Shown here in pieces: positions 51,825-62,058 of a DNA stretch of 64,000 bases. Position numbers and translations under genes: made by a program. This DNA comes from Tubulanus polymorphus (taxonomy: Eukaryota; Animalia; Nemertea). The DNA lies in assembly GCF_964204645.1 (NCBI RefSeq), contig NC_134030.1, forward strand, positions 14,756,110 to 14,820,109, read 5' to 3'. The notes under the pieces are model-generated. The model ran no database searches. It saw only the letters and a list, made by a program, of their open reading frames with translations, and was not told where the DNA came from. Numbering within the stretch: position 1 is the stretch's first letter; each line of letters starts with the position of its first letter.

Positions 51825-52939
51825 TTGAAAGAAAAGTCTAAATGAATTCTAGGTACAGTTTGAAATCAACTTGGTTTAAATTTATAGCCTCGGGAATTTA
51901 TTTTTTTCACCCTGAGGTGACTTTACCCTGGAAATTTTAAAAAATATTACTTTTTAGGTCTCCGTCTTTTCCATTGCGAAATATGTGTAGAACCAATGTC
52001 AGATTACAAACAGCTAGTGCAGATTTGGAGGCTTAGGCTAATTTGCATATTTCATAATTACTATTTTTAGAAGTGTATAAGCTTTCATCCATGTATAGTT
52101 TGAATGAATCCAGTAAGAAATAAGAAATCTAGTATTTCCAGGGTTAAGTTACCTTCAATTCGAAATTTACTTTTGAGTCAGTTTAGGAATAATGTAGGCT
52201 AATAAATGTACTATGTAATTACTGATCATAACTATTGGTTATCCAGGTAACATTAATTTCATACTCACATATTTAATCCATTGTATGCTTGCTGAACATT
52301 AAAATTGTGTTAAACACAATAAATACGGTACTGGTATGTAAGTCATTAACTCACATCTCACCTTTGATAGAGACTATTAACAATGAAAAATGAATAGATG
52401 CATCCCAAAAACACCCAGAATCATACTGGTATTTATGGCATATTTTCTCAAAATAACCAATCGATAAAAAGAACGAAAAACTCGAAAAATTAAAAACACA
52501 AAAGATCGAATTTATTTTCTAATTCAATAACACAGATTGGAAGAAAACTTACTGGCAGACAGCATTTTTGCCATTTTAGATTTGAATTTATTTGACTTTT
52601 TCCAGATCGGAAATATAATTTTCTCTTGCCAGAACGAGCCTTAACTGTCCTACTTCCAGATTCTTTATCAGCCATCTAAAGTGAGAAGACAAAAGAAAAT
52701 TGGGCACATTAAAAAAGTTGACTTTTGATAGGGAAAAGTTAATAGTACATGTAACTAGGGGTTCAGCTGCATCATGCCCACTTGGAAAGTGGTTAAGAAT
52801 GCTAAAAAATCTGTCAAATTCAATATTCAATGCCCTATTGAACAGATATGAAAACCAATGACCTTGCCATATTTCAAACTTCAATTCAGTGTTTCAAAAT
52901 TTAAAAAAAGAATTAAATACTATTGAATTCGAATTGGCA

Positions 52940-53310
52940 ATATCAACGGATTCCACAGGACTCAACGTCGCAGCACACAAACTGATGATAAAATCATCAG
53001 ATAACTTACATCGAACGCTAGAATTCACAAATATCAACGGATTGCTTGAATATTAAACATGTATCGCCACACACTAAATGTTGACGGATTCCTTGGAGGA
53101 CTCGACGTCGCTGCACACAAACTTAACCGGACCTGTTAAAAAAAAGAATTAAATATGGATGAAATCATCAGATAACTTACATCGCCGGGAACGCTAGAAT
53201 TAATAAATATCGATGGATTCCTTGAATATTCAACATGTATCGCCACACACTAAATGTTGACGGATTCCTAGAGGGACTCGACGTCGCCGCACAAACCGGA
53301 ACTGTTAAAA
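52940..53310. repeat. Tandem repeat, about 2.5 units of 140-175 bp
   Basis: acggattcc..ggactc.acgtcgc.gcaca and aaatcatcagataacttacatcg recur. Confidence 0.85.
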
Positions 53311-54051
53311 ACAAGTATGAAATACCATTGAATTTGAATTACATCATGGCCTGATTGAAAGAATCAACAGATTGCTCGTGGTACATTGATTAAGTAATTA
53401 TCATACATTAAGTAGGCCCTAGTCACCATTGAGTGATATGTAATGAAATAAAGTAGATTGAATTGGATTGATTTCAATGTTGGCCAAGGACTCATTAATT
53501 ACATAGGATTTTCCTTAAATCTCAAAGAACTAGATTATTTCATGAAATAACATGGTTTTCATTATTCTTAATAGGCTCATGTAATTAGGCCTAGGGAATA
53601 TCATATTCAAGCAAACTTAGTTGATGTGGCCATATTCAATGGTGCAGACCATCGAAGTATAGCAACCAGCCCAGCAGTAATGTCATTAATGAGACAAATT
53701 ATCAGGCGCGGATTTAAGTGAAGATCGCTTTTTTTCGACCGACCTCCCGCCACTCGCTTAATATTAATGTTGTTGTACATAGAACACTCTGAACTTCTCT
53801 CAAACTTTTCTAGAATGATTAGTTATGAAGTATATAAACCTTGAATTTTATGATGTTTTTGAAAAAAAGAACATTTTGTTATTAAAATAATGCAATTTGT
53901 TTTGTGCAATTTTGTATTGAAATAATCTGCTGACTCCTGATGTGTTTTTTCCTTTGCGCGATCCGTGTGAGGTCTGACGTAGTGGTGGGATATACCACGG
54001 CTGGTCCCGAGCCTCAGAGTCCACTACGGGAAAACAGCTGATTTCAAAGAA

Positions 54052-54134
54052 GAATGTAAACTAATAATAAAAGAGTTTATTACACGAACGTCGAGAATGC
54101 CTCTTCTTTCAAAGAGGACATCTTACAGAGTGGC
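54052..54134. repeat. About 80-bp direct repeat; second copy split by the LINE (54525-54588 plus 57744-57759)
   Basis: aactaataataaaagagtttattacacgaacgtcgagaatgcc.cttctttcaaaga..catcttacagagtggc. Confidence 0.85.
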
Positions 54135-54588
54135 CCCCAAGGCTGTTTCAGGATATAGGTTACATTTCTCATTTTACACCATCGTACTAATCATGAGACA
54201 TTAATCACATTAATTCCTAGACTTAACGTATATAAGCTTAACGTATATAAGCTTATATTATTGACACATAAAGCGCATACACCAAGCCACAATAAGCGTA
54301 AACATATAAAGCCAACAGCTAAGCTAAAACTACATACCTCTAACTGACCTATATTAACTTGGACATTAACATAACTGACCAATGCCAAGGTCAAGATCTA
54401 CACGTGTGAAATACTTATTTCTTTATTCAATGCCAACATGAGTATTCTATGACCCAACAAACTACACGGGAGTAAAACAACAATGCTTTACCAAATAGAG
54501 GTACACTTACCTAAAAGACAGAGGGAATGTTAACTAATAATAAAAGAGTTTATTACACGAACGTCGAGAATGCCCCTTCTTTCAAAGA

Positions 54589-57500
54589 AATGAAATTGAA
54601 ATGAAATTTATTTACACTCATCACCTCAACGAGAGGTATACAGAGGGACATCAAGAAGTATTTACAATTGTATAACATAACGTAAAATATAGAATAATCA
54701 ATAAAATTTGACAGAGAAAAAAGGAACACAACAGCTGTACACAGAATACATGTTGTATACACTATACAAAGAAAAATGAAGTTGTTATGTACAGCTACTT
54801 ATCTATTTACAATGGACCTGAAGGCTGAATGGTAAAGAAGTGGGTTTCTAGATCCTTAAATGACGACGAGGGTTGATAAGTTTCACAATCGTTTTACAAA
54901 AACTTCCTAATCTTCTAGATTTGTTGTTACACCTACTTAATAGGGTTCCAAATTTAGATAAGTTTAAAGAGATGGGGCCGTTCCAAACTAGTTGTCTATA
55001 CTCGTCTAAAATTGAACATTCTGCAAATAGATGATACTCGTCGAAGATAGTTATATTATGACATAAAGAGCAAGAACGAAGGCAATCGGGTAAATCAAAA
55101 AGTCTACAGTTAATTGAATCCATACAGAGATTTGATGTTCTGAAAAAACAAATAGGAAGAGCTAAATCGGCTGGCAAGTTTAGATACGTTTCAAAACAAA
55201 ATTCTTTTTTGGCAAGATTATAAAAGCAACACCTTTTATCATGATGCAGTTCGTTCCAAAAGTAATTAATGTACGCAGTTTTGAGGACACTTTGAACAGT
55301 TCTTTTAATAAAACTTTCCGATACATTTAGTTGATTGAACGCGTGAAGGAGGTTGCATTGGGAAATAATACCTTTAACTTTTAAAAACCACGGTGATTGT
55401 AAATCCCATTTCTCAGTAAGTTCAGCTAAAATCATATAAAAAATAACATTCCATTTGTTCTTCGTAATTTCGTTTTTCATTTTAGTCCAATAACAAACCA
55501 TACGACAGTGGATAGACACTGACAAAGGGAGCTCACCGACTTCACCTAATACCATAACTGATGGAGTAGAATTTTTCATCTTTAATAGATATTTGTAAAA
55601 TTTGGTTTGCACAGCATCAATCTCATCTAAGTCTTCAAACCCCCAGACTTCACATCCGTACATCATAACTGGCACGACCAAACAATTGAATAAGTGTATA
55701 AGTGTTGGGATAGACAAACTTAGTTTTCTACCTTGCCGTAACAAAGAAAACATCGCTTTCCTTCCTTTGTTTGCCGCCCACTTAATATGGCCTTTGAAAC
55801 TACCGTATGAAGAAAAAAGTACACCCAAGTAACAATATTCGGGCACTGTATCAACTGTCTGATTACATAATTTAAATAAAGGTACTGGGTTTCTCTTTCT
55901 TCCGCGACTGAATACCATAATGTTGCATTTCTTGACATTTATTGATAGTTTAAAATCAATACAATACTGAGACATGGCATCGAGACCTAATTGTAGTTGC
56001 TCTTTCGAATCCGCTAATATAATGGTGTCATCAGCATACAGGAGTAGAAACATTTTGATTTTCTGACCCAACCCCCGCACAAACTCTGAGGTAGATAGTA
56101 AGTGTAAGTTATCTAATCCTAGAAAACCGTGGTCTTGCAAATGTTTCTCAAGATCTTGTAAGAAGATTGCAAAGAGGAAAGGGGAGAGGTTCTCGCCTTG
56201 ACGAACGCCTGATTCACATGAGAATTTCGCCGAGAACCCGTTTTTTGTTTTGACACAGGATTCGGCTAAAGAATACATGTTCCTAATAATTCTAATAATT
56301 TTGCCATCTATCCCGTTATTAAGTAATTTACGCCATAGGGCTGCTCGCATTACATTGTCGAATGCTTTAGAATAATCCACAAAACACGCATAAAAACTTT
56401 GCCCTTTGCTTAGATATATGTCGATCAGGCTTCTGAGGGCAAATAGATGATCTACGGTTGAAAATTTCTTTCGGAAGGCCGCTTGGTTTACCCCTAGGAG
56501 ATCAAGTTCATCAGAAAAACTGTTCAGACGATTATTCAGAACTAGTGTAAAAAGTTTACCTAAACATGATAAAATTGTGATGCCGCGGTAATTACTTGGG
56601 TCACCTTGGTCGCCTTTGCCTTTATACAAAGGAATGATATAACCCTGAACCCATGCTGACGGAACTACTCCAGAATCTAGAATGATATTAAATATTCTGA
56701 CATATATCCTCATCATGTCATCGTTCGAGTTTTTGATGTGTTCATTCAAAATACCATCAAAACCAGGGGCTTTGTTATTCTTCAATGACTTAATTGCTAG
56801 TCGAATCTCTTCCTCTGTAATTGGACTGTTTAGGCTAGAATTATCGTCGATGTTAATCGGGCTATCAAAATCAAACTCGTTTATATCAGCTGGTAATTGG
56901 TTAAGCTTCCTAAAGTGTTCACTCAGGCGATTTGGGTCAATTTTTTTAATTGGTGCCGGTTTGCTAGGCATGACCTTTTTCCAAAATTTCCTACTATTGT
57001 GAATTCTATCCCCATCAATCTCTTGAGCTAACTTCAAATTCTGACTTTTTCTTGTTCAACAGATGCTTATACGTTTTACTGGCTAATTTGAGATGGACCT
57101 TATTGTCGGCAATCGAGTCTTTATCGAATATTTTTTTCCTAGCGTAGTAACATTCGTTATCAAACCACGGTTGCGAATTTTTCATGACTCTGCCGTTATT
57201 GTTGGCGGGTCTCCAGGATTTACCAAAAGTAGTTTTCGCGCTTGAAGCGAATATGTCACCAATTTTCTGAATACTCGTATCAATGATGTTTTGGTCAAGA
57301 GAAGAAGGATCTAAGGAAGTGAGTTCATCTAATAAAGAGTTTACCTCAAGCTGGGATATATTTTCTCTGAACTGGTCACTAGAGTCACAAACCCAAAAAG
57401 GTCTTTTCAGCGAGATATCCGAATTAGACATATCATCGTTACGTGCTTCTGTTTGATTATCTTTTTTCTTACGTAAAAACGCAGAAAATTCAACAGGACA

Positions 57501-57743
57501 GTGCCTGTCCGAAAACAAAGGGTTAAAATTACAGACTTCAAAGCTATTCCAGTAAGGTATGAAATGAGGCGACATGATCACATAATCATCCACAGCACGG
57601 TCACTGCAGGTATTCCGCCCGATATATCTATCTTTACCAGATCTACCGTTAAGGATCACGAGATTTAAATCCCGAACCAGGTCTATGAGTCTTTTCCCGA
57701 AGGGATTGATAGGAGTAGTTTCTTGAGATGACCGTTCAATTGT
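54589..57743 (-). mobile_element. 5'-truncated non-LTR retrotransposon, RTE-X-like
   Basis: AP-endonuclease C-terminal half (NGR, DYVI, SDRHCP), RT, C-terminal CxxC..H..C, AATAAA and (TTTCA)n-like tail. Confidence 0.9.
54848..57743 (-). pseudogene. LINE ORF2 (EN-RT-zinc finger) with one frameshift near 57040
   Basis: KAPGFDG, NYRGITILS, VDYSKAFD, GVRQG.NLSP.LF, LLYADD, YCYLG, YGCEVWG, GEVG, CSLC..DEYH...C. Confidence 0.93.
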
Positions 57744-57898
57744 CATCTTACAGAGTGGCACCCTCTATAATCGAAAACAGGCTAAGTATCAACCGAAACC
57801 GACATGAACCCACTTTGCCACACTGTCCTCATCCTCGCTTGCCAGGGGTCCAGTATCACTCCCGAACTCGCTTCCACCAGCCCCCTGGCCTCACGAAG

Positions 57899-58156
57899 CG
57901 TGATTTCATTACTGGCGCTGTTGCGCATGACGTCATATATCGATTTGCGAAATACTTCCTTGTTCGGTAAAACGTTCGCTGATTGGTCCATTTAACGGGA
58001 AGACCAACAGAAGTCTACTGTCGGTTTGTTACAAGCGCTGTGATTGGTACGACCGGATTCTGGTCGCCTAGTAACGACTCCAACGACTCGTGAGGTCAAG
58101 GGGTTCGGGGAACAGCTTTAGCGTAGTGGGTTCGAATCCCTTGACGGGTGAAGATG
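57899..58156. repeat. Interspersed repeat homologous to 29483-29692
   Basis: cgtgatttcattactggcgct..catgacgtcat..gtgggttcgaatcccttgacgggtgaagatg shared. Confidence 0.85.
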
Positions 58157-58564
58157 CACTCTCCTCTGACTTAAAAAAACATAGTCCCAATGTTTTCGCA
58201 ATGTTCACTATCTAGAAGACAAAAAACCAAATATCCTAACCACAATACCAAAGGATATCAAAATACATCCCATGTAAACAGACTACTTAATGTACATATG
58301 CCACTCATACTTTAAGTCAACCGCTTATTACCTAGACGTATACTCACAACCAGTCATAAGTCAACTTGCTGCAGATTAATTCCTAACGTGTCATCATCTC
58401 AATCGTCTTCTCAGATGCCTCAGAAATGTCAATACTCGTTTTATTTTCATTTTTTTTCTTTTTTTGGTTTACCTTTGTCAGCGATATGAGGTTGGCATTG
58501 AGCCAATTCATGTAAAATTGCGGTACGTTTTTGTATGTGAGCATTTGATTCATTGGTTTTCGGC

Positions 58565-60146
58565 TTAAACGACGTAGAATCGATGCGATTGAAGACACAG
58601 GCGAACTTCCGTCGATGACATGGTCAACTGAATTAAAATTCTACGAAAAACTGTTTTTGGCGGGAAAATTCTTAGCTCTCGCGTATAAAATTGCAATGAT
58701 CTCGATTGGGGGGCGTCGTCTCTACGAGCGAATGGGATTGGCTGTTTTGGAAGATACCGGGAATTCCGGCGCTACTAAAATAATTATGGGAAAGCCAGAG
58801 AATGGCGTACGTTTCAGTGGACTAGGTACCGTATACGTGCCGATTTCAAATGCTCATTGCTGGTGAGGATGTAATTATTTCACTCATCTGCCATAGGTAT
58901 TTGTTTCATTTTAATACCCGGTGATTGTTTTGATTGACATTGAGGTGTAAGCGAATATTCACTTACAGGAGGCCTCCCATGCACGCGGAGTGCCACATCG
59001 CACACACACGAGCTCGCATCACCCCTACTACTAAGGGTGATGCTGTAACGCGTGTACGTTTGACATGAAAATAGGCTGAATAATCGTAGCAGAAGATGAG
59101 CGCTGTGTTTTCTGTTCGATAGAATTTGTAATAAATTGTAATTTCTTGTGACCTGAAAATACTAAGCAGCAAACTATAGGTCGAGGTCTGAATATTGTAG
59201 GGATAAATTCCAGGATTTAAAACGATCTTATAGCCGATTTCTTCTGTACCGGTATTTTAGCTTCCGTGGCCAACATTGGAAGAGGTTTCCAAGACCCAAT
59301 ATTCAGCAACACCCTCTGATATGTGACATCATATGAATTTTAGGCCATCCCAAAATAATGGTCTGTTTGCCGTAACCCGACCGACCCGACTTCAAAGGTA
59401 CCGAGTGAAAACTTTTTTCTGGGATTCATTGAAATAAATTTTACGTTTGATAAAAACGGCCGACCGACCGACCCACTGCCGACGTATGAGCTACGTATGT
59501 TTGAATTCAAGTGTGCATCATGTGAAAACATGCCTTGAGATGTGGCCTAGTTTAAGTTTTCCAGGAAAATGGCAGTGTTCCAATAAGCTGCCATTCATTC
59601 TAATAGTGACAATATTAAAGTTGGTAACGTAAAAGCGCGCACATATTCAATGTACTGTTTCATTTCAGATATGACGCTCTGGACGAAGTTATAATTTTAG
59701 AATAATTCTTGAAATCTACGCTATTAGACAAATTTCCCGTCCACAACGTAGATGATTTTTTGCGATATTGTTTCCATGTAAAAAAGCCCAAAGGTGAAAC
59801 ATTTGTTTTTTTTTGCCCAAAAATTTTGCAAAAGAAATTTCTACCTACCTACCGACTCATTCTGAAAAGTTGAGTCGGTGTTGCGGCAAACAGACAATTA
59901 TTTTGGGATGGCCTTATTTGAATATTTTTTCATATTGTGAAACACATTTTTTGGAAATTATAAAATAGTATCCCTGCCGCGCCTACCTGTACCCTACACA
60001 ATTTTGGACGTGGACCGTAAACAAATGTATATCTTTGGTCTTATTTGACTACAAAATAATTCTTTAAGAAAGATAAAATACAAAATAAACTTGTGGAACT
60101 TTGAAGTCACGAATTAAAAAGATTTTTCAAGCAATGCCCTTATTCC
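58565..60146. repeat. Second copy of the 1.55-kb composite repeat (nested Harbinger-like MITE at 59343-59913)
   Basis: Collinear with 15017-16575. Confidence 0.92.
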
Positions 60147-60489
60147 AGGTAAGCGATTTTTTCTACCGGCCACAGTTAGGTTTCGCACTGCGCATGTTCT
60201 GAATATACCGGAAGTAAACAAACCGTGACGTACGCGGAAGTAAAGCACATGGCTTGTCAAAAGTCAATTACAGTGTCAATAGGTATACGTTATTCTGCGA
60301 TGATAAAATCGAAATTTTAAGGTTAAAATCTGAAAAGATTTCCGATCCGTTTCCTTCCATGACAGGTTGTAAATATTGAGACAAAAAATAAAATGGAATT
60401 CAGCATATAGAATGAATTTAATGTGTTTATTTCTTTACTTAGTACAGTACTGCTTGCAGAAAATACATTTCCAATCAAAATTTAGAATT

Positions 60490-61318
60490 ATCTTTCGGTT
60501 TAAAGTATGAGGTAGATACACCACATGGTACCATCGATAGCAATAGTTGCATTCCTCCTAGAAAAGAAATAACAGAACTGTATATTGATATTGATTAATG
60601 TTCATTTATACTGGCACTAAAATTAAAAAGGATTGCATTATAATGAACTTTGAATTTAATAACTATAAGGTCGAGGGCCTACCTGATTCATTAACTAGTG
60701 CAGCGGCTGAGGTCCAACGATGTGAATTTGCATTTACTGTTGAAATATAGGTCGTGTCAGTACCTTGAAGAACACTGCCAGCATACTGTTGAATACACTT
60801 ATGTAATTGAATGAGATTTGTTAAACAATAATCAATAATATTGAAATTAAACAAATCAATCCTACCAAAATAGTTAGCACGCCACAACTATGCCCATCAA
60901 GTTGTTTCTGGTGAGGCGGTTCGATTATGGACCATTCAATATCATCAATGACATGTTTACCAAGGGCTGTGGCTCAGTAAGTCAAGTAAGACCTTACATT
61001 GAGATGAGAAATAGTTTGGAAATTATACATAATACATTGACATCGATAGAGAATAACGCAGTTTTCATAATGATTTCTTACTTAATATTCTAAAATCAGA
61101 AAATCAGATGCTCCAAACGGATCAAGGTAGACGATTTCATAGTTTTTGGGCTTGATCATCTAATATGAATAAAAAAATGCATTATTTCTAAATACTTAAT
61201 ATTTGACAAATAAATACCGAAATTATCAAATAATTATAATTCTACTTACAACCAGAACCCAATGATTACTATCCTTGTTGTAGCCGCCAATGATCATATA
61301 TTTGTTATCAAAATTTAT
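60490..61318 (-). pseudogene. Intron-containing Ulp1/SENP (C48) protease plus PHD-finger relic, probably from a Ginger1-like or Mutator DNA transposon
   Basis: Exons 61250-61318 (..NHWVLV), 61082-61159 (..YLDPFG), 60866-60992 (..PHQKQLDGHSCGV), 60683-60785, and one from 60557 down (EECNYCYRWYH), with AG/GT boundaries. Confidence 0.75.
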
Positions 61319-61386
61319 CTAGTAATCAAATAGATTTTATGAGGAGTCTCAAGAGTAAATGAAAAACGAGAAAAGTTATCAAAGTA

Positions 61387-61592
61387 AGTAATAGGGGTTT
61401 AGTAGTTCTATACCATAGGTCGAAAGGTCGAGGTCGAGAAATTTTCCAAATGTGAAAATAACAATAATTTCTACTTGAATTAGTCGCGTACACTCCTAAT
61501 TCAAGTAGAAATTATTATTATTTTAACATTTGGAAAATTTATCAACCTCAACCTCTCAACCTTTGATATAGAACAACTAAACCCCTATTACT
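61387..61592. repeat. 206-bp imperfect palindrome
   Basis: agtaataggggtttag..aataatttctacttgaattag / ctaattcaagtagaaattatt..ctaaacccctattact. Confidence 0.93.
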
Positions 61593-62022
61593 CTATCTAA
61601 TCACAAGTCTCATAATTTACAAGCCTCAACACGTTGAGTATTGCGTATTACATGTTGATTCTAGATCCATCCATCTAGGAAAACTACATTAGCCAATCAC
61701 AGTTGAGTATTACTCTAGCCAATCACAGTTGAGTATTTCCAGCCAATCACAGTTGAATATTCCCTATTACTCTATCCAATCACAGTTGAGTATTTCCAGC
61801 CAATCACAGTTGAGTATTTTACTATTATTCTAGCCAATCACAAGCCTCATAATTTACAAGTCTCAACACGTTGAGTATTCCCTATTACACGAGCCAATCA
61901 CAAGCCTCATAATTTAAAAGTCTCAACACGCAGCTGGGTTTTCCCCACTGTTGAGTAGTATAAATAGGCGGGACTCACACATGGTTGGACTCACACGTGG
62001 CGGGACGCGTTGAGAGGTAAGT
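61593..62022 (+). promoter_or_regulatory. Putative Pol II promoter: CCAAT array, kB-like site, TATA, E2F-like sites, splice donor
   Basis: 7 x CCAATCAC (61693-61901), GGGTTTTCCC 61936, TATAAATA 61959, GGCGGGA 61967 and 61999, CACGTG 61994, AG/GTAAGT 62015-62022. Confidence 0.6.
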
Positions 62023-62058
62023 GTTATGTTCAATTTTAATAAAAAATTTAGTATTAAA

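Noticed and set aside
57782-57991. ORF resembling a DEK-C domain
   Set aside because: Overlaps a repeat whose other copy (29483-29692) covers only part of it; the resemblance is probably chance
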